This document shows positions 12,101 to 24,100 of a stretch of DNA of 64,000 nt, piece after piece. The notes beneath the pieces were generated by a model, which was given only the letters and a program-made list of their open reading frames with translations, did not search any database and had not been told where the DNA came from. Position 1 is the first letter of the stretch. Each line of letters starts with the position of its first letter. The translations under genes were made by a program, and so were the position numbers. This DNA comes from Amoebophrya sp. A120 (taxonomy: Eukaryota > Protista > Dinoflagellata), in the NCBI GenBank assembly GCA_905178155.1, contig CAJINV010000005.1:7680989-7744988 (forward strand). The letters run 5' to 3'.

Positions 12101-15100
12101 GGACCTAGCATGACAGGTTCTTCGAAGTCCCAATCATGTCTATCCTGCATGACAAACTGTCTCTAAACTTGTTCAAAAGTGGACACCTTTTGGCAATCAT
12201 GCAACACTAATCTATGTACGATTCAGACTTAGCATGACAAGTTCGCGTCCTTCCAGACCCAGACATTTTTACAGTTGATACTTTTTCAACTCTTCCATCG
12301 CCAGTTCTACTAGGCAGTATTCGAGAATCGCTTGGATAATTTCCGAAAATTTCGCCATATCTTCTTCCGCGATTTTTTTCCGCTCCACGTTCACGCTCCC
12401 CATGTCCAGACACTTGTAAAAAGACGGGTGGTATCGAATGCAAACATGTCTGGGTCCTCTGGAAGAATGCAAGTTTGTCATGCTTGTCTGGCATGATTCA
12501 TAAATCTGTGTTGCATGAGCAGGAAATAAAGGGCCTGTCATCCAAGAACGCAGTTTAATACCACGCGAAAAACGAAACACGTTAGCAGCTCAAAAATTTG
12601 TCATGCGTGGCTCCGTATTGCAGTTCGCCCACCACTGACATTTCAGCATCACAAGTTTCCAGACCCAGACATACTTGCAATCCATAGGTGATCCGGCGTG
12701 ATCTCCTTCCCGTCCTTCGTTTTATACAGTTGGTCCAGCTCGTTTTTCTATCCTGTGCAAAAGTATCGCACTCGTATAAATGCAAGTCTTGCATTACAAA
12801 TCTTGTTTCCAAGTCAAATCTGCATTACAAATCTTATTTCTCATGCTGAGGAAATTTGTAATGCATTTATACGAGTACGAGACTTTTGCAATGCATATTT
12901 TCTGGGGCGCGAAGGGCAAAAACCCGGGGAAAGGGAGACCGCCATTGATCGTCCCTTGATTACGCTTATGACAGTGCACATCTCTACTCCCTCGCCCTCA
13001 TTAGTATAGCATGAACGGCAATACGAACCCCAGCCAGGAGCATGCAGGTTTTGCATCACAAATTCGCACAGGATTGTATATGCTATTTGGGCTGCCCCCA
13101 AAACTTGTCACGCAAACAGGACTGGGTATTTTGCATGACAAATGCGGGGAAGGGGGAGTTGTGCACATTCATAACGCTCCAGCGCGCTCGGGGGGGAAAC
13201 GCTCCGGTTGCAAGCGAACTTCCACTGCTGGTCTTGCTGGCAGAAATACTTCTGTTTTTCAATCGACAGGTACTTCTTCCCGACGATGCAGTTCATGTGG
13301 TAGCACTTCATGCACCCCGCGCCCGTGCATTGCAAGTTGCCGCTCTCGTTGTGGCCGGCTCTTCCTAAATTGCCGCTCCCTATGGATTGCAAAAGTGTCT
13401 GGGTCTGGAAGGTTGCAACTTGTCATGCTAAAGCCGAATCATGCAAAAATCTGTGTTGCATGACTGCCAAAAGTTGTCGACTTACGACCAAGCTGGGGGG
13501 GGGGAGTCTCTCATGCAGGATAGGGATGGCAGAGACCTCACAAGCTCTGTCGTGCTAGGTCCCGCATGCCAGACCTCATGGGTCATGGAAAACCTGCATG
13601 ACAAGTTTACACCCTTCCAGACCCAGACATTTTTACGGTTGATACTCCCGTCGACTTTGTCGTTGTCCGCGTCGGGACCACGAGCGAAGGAACCGGTGCC
13701 GTATCGCAAGAAAAAAGTGTTACAGTTACACATTGCGTTGCAGGCCAAGCAAGACAGACAAGCTCTGTCATGCCGGATACGCATAGAAGCCTCGTTTCAT
13801 AGGTATTTTCCCGTAGGATTTTTGCATTACAAGTGTTCTCTCTCATGCAGAGAAATTTGTGTTGCTGAATTGACTACAAATGTGTAACTGTAACACTTTT
13901 TCCGTGGGATATGCCGGGGTTGAAGTCTGATAGCATAATTTGAGCAAATTCTGTTGATGCATGTTCATCTTTATCTATTTGATATCGATTTTCATAAATT
14001 TTGCATAAAGATGTTGCATGTAGCAGAAGAGTCATCACTAATATGCGCGATGAAAATCTTCCGGCAGCCATATTGATTAGCAAGTCGAAGTACCAGCTAA
14101 ATTCTAAACTACCCTTTTGCATTTTACTTGTATTAAGTCGAAGTTCCTAAATCCTAAACCACCCTTTCGCACTTCACTTCGGGCGAGTTGCTTGTTACCA
14201 AAGCATCGTTAAGTATAACATTTTTCAAACTCAAAAATCATACTCGAGAGCTGGTATTTCCACCCATCATTCGTCCCCCTGTTCCAATTATCTTTCCCGT
14301 TCTCCAAAACCCCCGCGCAGCAGAAACATCTCGGCTTGTAAATCGGGCAGTGGTGGGTCGCCGGACGTGCGTTGACCATTGCGTGGAAACGATTTTCAGG
14401 CGCCCAATTGTCGAACGGGAGGTGGAGCGTTTTCGTTTCGACTTGAAGTGTTGTTGCCGCAGTTGTACTAGCAGCTTCCTGCTCTTCCTCGTCGGTCATC
14501 TTGATATTGATGTCGTGAACAGAAGTAAAAATTCCAGTCGCCGAGGCCCCTTTATCAAATGCAAAAGTGTCTGGGTATGGAAGGTTGTAACTTGTCATGC
14601 TAAATCCGAACCATGCAAAAATCTGTGTTGCATGAGTGCCAAAAGCTGTCCCCTTTCGACCAAGTTGGGAGGGAGTTTCTCATGCAGGATAGGCATGAAA
14701 GAGACCTCACAGACTCTGTCATGCTAGGTCCCGCATTGCAGACCTCAAGGGTCATGGAAAACCTGCATAACAAGTTTACGCTCTTCCGGACCCAGACATT
14801 TTTGCATTTCATACCCTTTCACTTGCTGCAACTTCGTGGCCAATTCGACGTAATTTTCGCAGTAGATTTGCTCCAAAATCTATCCACCGTAAATTTCCCG
14901 CACACGTACAAATGCAGTCTCTGCATGACAAAACTTGCCTTCAGTCCTAGTCTAGCATGACAAGTTGTACACTGCAAGCTAGCGGAATTTGTCATGCATT
15001 TTGTACATGTAGTACGGGAGATTTACATTGCATAAAACCTCCTCCCGCGTAAAGTCCTGAAATTCCTGCGCTTGGTCCTCTTTCTCCGTCGGGTTTTTCC

Positions 15101-18100
15101 GGTTGATGATGATGTCGTGCAGCTCCGGAAGCGAAACCTCGTTTTTCATCAACGGGCCCCCGGCTTTCTGTCGGTGCGCGTAGGTAGTCCGCTCGTTCTC
15201 CAGGAGTGGGATCATGTTAATGATGTTGTTGTTCAGGGACAGCAAAGTCGAGTTGTCTTTGGAACTGCTTGTCAGGTTAGCTGGTGCTCCACCGGCGTCT
15301 AATATCAACTTCTCGTTCGCCTCGCGCCGAGCGGCTGCGGCGGCGAAACAGGAGGGAGCACGTCGGGTGGTAGTTTTCGAAGATGAACTATCCAAGAAAA
15401 AAACGCTGTTAGTGTAAATTTGTGATGCGCAGCATGCAAATTGATTGAGCCTGTCATGCTGTGCCTGCATTGTAGGGCCCATTCAGCGGCGTTTTCCCTT
15501 ACTATCTGCGCATGACAGGTTTTTGCTGTCATGCGAGAGATATTTGTCATGCTAATCCTCCAACAAAGTTACACCTACAATGTTTTTTTCTTGGATATGA
15601 ACTTCCGGTGGGACAGAGCAGGAGGTCAGACGCTCGTACTCGTTCCAACTGTGGCGCAGCAGGAGTTGTACTGTAGTTACTAGATGTTGAAGCGACCAAA
15701 CAAATTTTCCCGTCCCGCATTTCCAGTGGTAATTTCTCCAGCCCGCCGACCGCGTACGTGGGGCGAAAGACCGACGTGTAGCAGCACTTGTACAGAAGGT
15801 CGCACCGGACAGTCGCGGCCTGCAGGGTGTACTTGTTCATCATATTTTCCGAAGTTCTCGCGTTAATCGTGTCCCCCGCGGCGAACGCGTTCGAGAATTC
15901 AAAACCCAACTCCGAGTCGGGGCAACAATCGTTCAGCGAGTACAGTCGGTCCTTCGCAAATAAGCAGTGATTGCGCTTTATGCAATGCAAACATGTTTGG
16001 GTCTAGAAGAGTGCCTGCTTGTCATGCTTGTCTCACATCATGCCCCGTAAATCTGTATTGCAGGAGCAGGAAATGGAAAGGAGCCTTTTGCCTGTCATAC
16101 AAAAATGCAGTTTGTGTTTGTCATGCAGAAAGCGAAACACGACAGTGGAGCGCAAAAGCTTGTCATGCGTAGCAGCATATAGCAGTGCAACCAGCACCAG
16201 TCACAAACTAGCATCACACGTTTCCAGATCCAGACATATTTGCATTTGATACGCTTTTCCCGCTCATCGTCGTCTAGTCGGTCCGGGTCCGACCTGGTAT
16301 GCACTGCAAAAGTATCGCACTCGTCATTGCATTTATGCATTACAAATCTTTTTCTTGAGATCCTGAGGGAATTTGTAATGCTTTTATGTATACGAGTACG
16401 ATGCTTTTGCACTGGATACCTGGCTCCCTGCAGCCAAACTTTCCGTCTTGGGAGTTTCGCGAGTTCTTCGGACTTCCTGTGGTCGAGATTTTTCAGAAAG
16501 TTCCGGGCCCAGCTGTGAAATTCGTGACCTTTGTCGCCCGCAATTCTTTGCAAGACGGGTTTCGCTAAGTGGTGGAACCACCCGTGCCGGTTCCCGGCGT
16601 GTTCATTGTCCGTGTAGGGGCACACCACCCGGTCGCACGTGACGGCGGAATGGACTAACAGGGGGGAGAGTTTGAACCGCACGAGCCCCGCCGGGTTTTT
16701 GCCGAAAAAGTCTGGGAAATTAAACCGATTGTACACCGCGGGAAGCACTTTTTCGTTGTACCACGCGTCGAATTGGTGGCGTTTTATGCTGCGGAGGGTT
16801 GTACTATGATGTTCTTGGAGACCACCACTTCCCAAAGCCGCGGAAGAACCAGGATTGGACGACGAGGACGATGATCCAGATGATAGTGACTCTAACGACT
16901 GAAGATCTTGAGCAAATGCTGTTGACACGACGGCGAGTTCTTGCATTTGATTCTGCTGCGGTTGCGATCTACTTGCAGGTTGAAGACCTCCTCCTGGTGC
17001 ACGAGAAGTGCCTGAAGCTGCTGCTGCGCCAGAGGATGACGAGGAGGAGGAGGAGGAGCCCGTCGTCTATCCAGGAAAAAACACCCATCCCCATCCAATT
17101 TGTCATGCAAAACATGCATAAGCTCCTTTCTTTGTCATGCAAAAATTGGATGGGGATGGGTGTTTTTTCCTGGATATCGTCGGGGCAGCTCCTGCGGGTT
17201 GTACGACGACCCCTGCTTGTTGCTGCTGTTTCGCCGACGTCCTATTCTGTAATTCTTGCTGTTGACCACTCACAGCAGGACCGAGGGAACGATTCGACGC
17301 GGTGTTCAACACACCAGCATTTTTGTTCATGATCATTTCCGCCTTCCCCTGCGCCGATGTGCTACGCGACCGAGTATGAACTGCACCTATGTCCTGGGTC
17401 TGGAGACTTGTGATGCAAGAAGGGGAATGGTGAGCAGACTGTAATGCGCTGCCAAGCATGACAAGCCTTTCCGTGGTTCTGAGTTGCGTACTCCGCATGA
17501 GAACCTGCGTTTTTGCATGACAAGCAGGAGGCGCTCTTTGCGGTGACGCAACACAGAGTTAAGAGTCATGCCAGACTAGCATGACAAATCTCGTAACTTC
17601 CCAGACCCAGACATATTTGCAATCCATACCGAGCATCCTGTTGCAATAATTGCCTTTCCAATTCCGCCTTGCCCTGCGCCGACGCGCTCCGGGTCCTGGT
17701 CTGCCGCTGGGACTGTTGTAATTGCATTTGCATTTGCAATCCCAACGTGGCTGCAGGAGCGGCACCATTGTTTATCGCGAGAGAAGAGACAGAGTCACTA
17801 CTACTAACCTTGTTTTGCAAGGATGTCGCCCGGATGGGTAGCGAACCTCCCAACCCCGCTCCAAGAGCGACTGCGTTTGAACAGCACTGTGGGCTTATCA
17901 AATGCAAATATGTCATCTGGGTCTGAAAGAATGCTAGAGTTTGTCATGCAGATTTTGCATGACCCATAAGGTGTATGATGCATGCTCTAGCATCAGAGAT
18001 TCTGTGATGGCTTTCTGATGCTCATACCACATGAGAAATGCCCTCTCCGCGTAGCAAAAATTGAGATGCTTGTTTTGTTGTTCATGCAATACAGATTTTA

Positions 18101-21100
18101 TGTAGAATCCAAATGTAGCATTACAAACTGCTTCCTTCCGAACCCAGACATTTTTGCATTTGATAGGGCTGTGCAGGTTTTTCAACTCGCCCGTCTTCAA
18201 AAAGTGTTCAAACATGACTTCTTTCTCTTTAAAGACCAACGTTTCCAGCTGCTCCCATCTGCTTTGATACCGCTCCAGCCGGTCGCGGAAACTGCCCCCG
18301 TGCTGCATCGCGTTTCTTTCCGTCGCGAAGTGAAACGTCAGGTCCTTCGTGACCTCGCGGACTGTTTTGGACACCTCTTTTTGCAGCTGGATGTCCGCCG
18401 TGTCGTAGCCGGCGACGTAGGGGTTCTTTTCCTGATTGGTATCCACAGTAAATTTCCCGCACACGTACACATGCGGTCTCTGCATGACAAAAATTGGCTT
18501 CCATCCTAGTCTAGCATGACAAGTTTTACGCTTTCAATTGGTGAAATTTGTGATGCATCTTGTACATGTACGGGAAATAGAAATTTGTATTGCATAATTG
18601 GTTTCCAGAAAACACAAGAAGCTGTTGAGCAGCGATTGTTTCTTCAGGGAAGGGAGATGCTGGATCGAAAGTTGGTAATTCCTCACCTCTATGAACTGCA
18701 AAAGTATTGTACTCGTATAAATACATTACAAATTTTCTCAGCATGAGAAATAAAATTTGTAATGCTGATCTGCCTTGACAAAGAAATTTGTAATGCAAGA
18801 CCTGCATTTATACGAGTACGATACTTTTGCACAGCATAACCTCCTGCAGCTGCTGGTAGTACCCCTTCTGGCTCAAATCCGTGCGCTATGGCAGTGAGTG
18901 CACAACTCCCCGTTCGCCTCATTTCTCATGCAAAATCCCAAATGCAAGTGCTTCCCTTGTATCACTATTATGCATAACAGATTCCGGAAGGAGCTGCCTA
19001 AACAGTACTACATCAGGCGCATACCTTTGTCATGCACAGGCTCCACGTGTGCTGGCGTTTGTATTTTTGCCGTACATGCGATACTAGTGAGGGGGAGGGG
19101 GACGTCGAGTTGTGCACTGTCATATGTGCTTGAAAAAGGTTTCCAGATCGTGTAAGTAGGAGACCGTATGGACCTTCAAATCCATGCAGTTCCTATGGAA
19201 GCGTCAGGATTGAAATCGTCAAAGTTGAAATAACTTGCAATGCATAAAATTGATACTAGTTGGAAGCCCAATTCTCAAGCGATGCATGACAAATTTTCCG
19301 AGCACCGGAATCCAATTTGTCATGCTGTTTGGGCACAGACGACTGCTTTTGTCATGCTCCTGCAGCAGCTCTATTTGAAACGGTAAACAGGATGACAGTC
19401 GGCCTCACTTGCCATCCCGGCAAGACAGGCACTTCAAGCCTTGCAGTTTTTCCATGAGAAATTATTTCAAATCTGTCGATTTCAAACCTGACACTTCCAT
19501 AGTTCTTCAGCACGTGATAGTGGACCTTCAGCAGCTGGCAGTCCTGCGGAATCTTCATGCGGTTGTTCTGGAAGTTCTGTTTCTGCCAGAGTTTCTCTTT
19601 CCCCTCGACGACGCGAAGAAGCGCCTTGAAGTCCTTCAGCCGCCCCAAAAGTTGTCGCTGGACCTCCCTGGACAGAAACTGGCTCCTTGCGTTGAGCACG
19701 ATGGGATGGTTGTTGACGTAGTTGATGTGTTGCTCATCCTGCAGGACCCCGCTGGTCCTTTCCGCGACTCTTTCCAGGGTGATAGCCGCAATCTCGTGGT
19801 CCGCAAACATCTGTGTGATCCCGTGCAGACAGTCTTCCACGACTTTCTTCTCATCCAAAATCTGTTTCAGTTCCACCTCCTGTCGGATAAAATGCTTCCC
19901 GGAGGACAACGTTTCCACGCAGTACGCCCCGGGGGGTTTGGTCACAAAAGTACAGTCCTCGTTCGCTTTGCAGTTGTTCGGGCCTTGAATCGCGATCCCG
20001 GGCACGGTATGCATTGCAAATATGTCTGCGTCTGGAAGAATGGAAGTTTGTCATGCTTGTCTCTCACGGCTCCTAAGTCTGTGATGTATGAGCAGGATGA
20101 GAGTCTCTTGCCTGTCATGCAAAAGCGCAGTTTGCAATGCAGAGCTCGCAACACATAGCAGCGCAAGAACTTGTCATGCTTGGGTGCGTATTGCAGTAAG
20201 TCCACCATTCCCAAGCCAGCATCACAAGTTTCGAGACCCAGACATGTTTGCATTTGATACGCGGCGAAATCGACGCCGCAGTTGTGCTTTCCCACGTTCC
20301 ACATCCCCACCATGCTGGAAAACAGCCAGGACCAGGTGTCCAACCGACTCCCCTGGCTGGCGGCGAAGTGACTGATTTCGGACTCACACAAAACCGGCTT
20401 CGGGTATGGAGTTCTCAAGCGTTACGTTCTCAACTGTTCCATGAATTTGTCATGCGGAACTACCATCATCATCCAGAAGATAAAGCTACTTCGCATGACA
20501 AGAAATCTGCGAAGTGCTAAACAGCACCGAAATCTGCACGGGATTTGTAATGCAATTGGTGCAATATTCCCCCTTTCGCTTTTGCCATTCTTGCATGACA
20601 GATTCGTGTAACAGTTGAGAATGTAACGTTTGAGAACACCATATCGGACCGCCTCGCTGGTTTGGGGAATGGAGGTGGGCGGGCTTTATGTCCAATTCTT
20701 CCGTCGTGGAGCGCGTGGTGCAGCGAAGGGTGGGGAGAAAATTGAAGAACCAGGAAAAATCCTCGATCAGCTCGCCCGTTCTCGGGTTGTAGCGCGGTTT
20801 GGTTTGTGCGTCATGAAGGTCCACCTCATGGTCGTGGTCAAAATTATTTTTTGACGCTGTACTTCTGATTTTATTTCCATTTTTCGCTCCTTCTGTTTCC
20901 GCAGCGTCGTCTCGCAGAACCGCAGCTGCCGTCTCGGCCATTTTTTCCGCGTAAATGTTGCCGAGAGCATCCTTATGAAGTGCCGTTTCAGAGAGTTGCG
21001 ACGCTGTCGTCACCAAGGGGCGGTTGGATCGCTGGGGGAAAAGCGAATCTTCCGGCTCTATCAAATGCAAAAGTGTCTGGGTCTGGAACAAAGCAACTTG

Positions 21101-24100
21101 TCATGCTAAATCTGAATCATGTTTGTAAGAATCTGTGTTGCGTGATTGCCAAAATAAGCTGTCCACTTTTGACCTAATCGAGAGGCAGTCTCTCATGCAG
21201 GATAGGCATGATAGAACTCTCACAGAATCTGTCATGCTCTGTCCTACATACCAGACCTTATGGGTCATGGAAAACCTACATGACAAGTAGTCTGGCATTC
21301 TTCCAGACCCAGACATTTTTGCAGTTGGTAGGTTCGAAATTATCCATCAGCTGCGGGGTAAACTCGCTGTGGGGAAACAGGTTTTTCCACAGCTGCCGTG
21401 TCGCTTGCTTCGTATGCATTACAAAAGCATCGCACTACGTATAAGTTGCATCACAAATTTTCTCAAAAAGCGAAATTCGATCTGTAATGCTGATTTAGCT
21501 AAGCATCCAGATTTGTCATGCATAGTCCCAATTCCTACGAGTACGATGCCTTTGCAGTAGATACTTCGTCAGCCGGGTCGATTTGCGGAGCTGGTGGGAC
21601 TGTTGCGCCGGGACCACGACGTTCATCTTCTTTGCAGAAGCTGTGGGTTTGGAATTCATTCCGCCGGCGCTCAGTGTGGTTTTCAACCCACCAGCCGCCC
21701 TGGCGGCAGATGCGGCTTTCTTGTTGCTCGTCACAGAAGTAGGCGCTCCTGCTTTCGAAGCTGTGGCTGCGCCTCGCTTGTTACTCGACGCGGCCTTGGC
21801 TGCTTTCGGATGAACTACTGCTGAGGATGTTGCAGACGAAGCAGTTGCACTCGCCTTCTTCATGGCCGTGGTATTAGTGGCCGCGTTCGTAGTCGCGGTC
21901 AGTGTCGCCGCTCCTGTTGCACCACCAGGCACCACCTTCGCTGTTCCAGTTGTCCAATCGCGCGAGGACCAGTTGTCTCCGTCTCTCCACTATCAAATGT
22001 AAAAATGTCTGGGTCTGGAAGAATGCAGCTTGTGATGCTGGATTTGGATTCCAGTCTGCATTGCATGAGCAGCAAAGGGAATGCAATTTTTGCTACGCGT
22101 AGTAGTAGTAGTAGTACCATTTAACTCCTGGCGGGTGGGCGTTAGACAGATTTAGCCTCTGCCAATACCTGGGCGTTAGAACAGATTTAGCCTCTGCCGA
22201 TACCCCTAGGTGGAGACGCGGTCCACTTCCTAACTACCACCCGGCTGCACCTGCAAAACCGCTATCGATTGCTTACGCATGGCTACAGCCAGTGGGCGCT
22301 ATGTGTGGCTGACCTGCCTTACCATCCAAGCCCGCGAGCAAGGTGGAGTTCCAGTATTGCCTTGATGGGTTAGTCTTACAAACTTGCTCGAAGAACTACG
22401 TGCGTGGCCGGTTGCGCGCTAAAAAGTATACAGGGGGTCTAATGATCAGACACGGCGATCCTATCACGATGGCGGGCGACCCAGCGGCGTGTCCCTTTCA
22501 GACACGTTTTGCCGATCTTCTTCCCGCACCCTTTTATATGCGTTTCCATAGAAACGGCCCGCGGAGCTCCGCATTCGCAGAGCCGCCATCGCGCCCGCCC
22601 CGGGGGGACCCCTTGGGGAAGGGGGGCGCTGCATTAGCGCAGTCTTTTAAATTAGCAACCCTGGCGCCACTTCTTTTATATAGTTTCTCTTTCTTCTCTT
22701 TCTCTTTCTTTTCGTTTCCTAGCGCGTCAGAGCATGCGGCTCGCCGGTGCAAGGAGAGGAAAAGCAGCGCCGTGCCTTTACGGCTGGCGGGAACGAAATG
22801 ATTAGCATCGCCGCACCCCTCCGGGCTGGCGGGGACGTGTCGAAACGAGGTCCATACGCAGTCACATCATTTTTTATCGCTCTTTTCTGGGAGAGAGGGA
22901 ATTTGTCATGCGGAATAGGCATCGCGAAGCCCTCAAAAAAACTGTGATGCTAGGGCATGCATCACAGACATCATGGCCAATGCAAAACATGCATGACAAG
23001 TCTCAGAATCTTCCAGACCCAGACACTTTTACATTTGATATCCACCTCGTGAACCGAATCTGTTTCGAGTGATACAGCCGGAGCGGCCCCGTAGGGTCAA
23101 ACGCAAAAGTCTCCCGGGTGTCTTCTTCTTCATACTCTGCCTCTTCATAATTTTCATTTTGCTGCATCGGCGTTTGCTCCTCTTCCTCCTCAAAATCGCT
23201 TGGGCTTGCTCTGCTTTGCGGGTAGTTGTTGTCAAACAGGTTGTTTGGCGGATGACCATGCTCACCGCGGCCACTGACCACGCTCAGTTCGTTCAAAGAA
23301 GATGACGATGAAGAACCAGTTGCAACATTATTTTTACCCTGGGGAGGAACACCAGCGTCGAGTAGTTCGGAGAAACTTTCGCTTTTGATGTTCTGCTGCT
23401 GCTGCATCCGCTGCTTCTCCGTCGCTTCCTCTTCCCTCTCCTTCGCTAGCTCCGCCATCTGCTCCCCCATTTCGGTAAACACGGCCTCCAACCGACTCAA
23501 GTCTTGTGCAGCTTCGGAGGTGGCACCGGAAAATGCGTCGACCATGCGACGCCCATCGGCAGTCAGCTGGAGCAGTGTTTGGTTTTGATGCTCACTGCCC
23601 TGCTGGTGGGCCGCGGAAGTAGCAGCACTAGTACCATCTGTCACAATAGTACCATTTCCGATCGCAAGAAGTTGATGTGCGCCGCTGTTTAGCATTCCGC
23701 TCGACGTCCCATTCTTGCCATAATTGTTCCTCCCGTTCAGGAGATAAAAATTATGTCGCTTGCCACTCTGATTTTTCTTTCCATTGTTCCTGTTCCTCCC
23801 CTGACTTCTGCCCCGCCTGTTGGAGTGCTGTCGCTGCCCCTTCAACTGCCGGCACTTGAAAGTCATCCGCCACGCGCTCAACTCCGCGGCGTTGGCGAGA
23901 AAATGCTCTTCCGGTTTCGGATAGACCTTCGTCTGCGGCACAATGGAGGAGAGGATGGAGGAAAGCGTCAGATGAGTTGGCCCTTGCTGATGCTGTTCCT
24001 GCTGCTCCGAAACCTGCTGCCCGGCTTGTCCACCTGCGATGAAATTATTAGTGCCTTTGTTATTGTTCCCCCCTGCTGCTTTATTTGTTGATGACTTTTT

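Larger units (their letters stand above)
13200..14335 (-). other. PHD-like zinc finger spread over several exons
   Basis: CFCC...(~60 aa loop)...LQCTGAGCMKCYHMNC...YFC...FAC resembles the C4HC3 pattern. Confidence 0.55.

Noticed and set aside
13874-14122. 82-aa minus-strand ORF in frame with the downstream exon
   Set aside because: AT-rich and mostly within the GT-AG intron 13927-14243, whose removal joins the frames
22400-22860. Possible hammerhead ribozyme or tRNA in the insert
   Set aside because: No CTGANGA/GAAA core in a proper arrangement and no cloverleaf seen by eye; needs an Rfam scan
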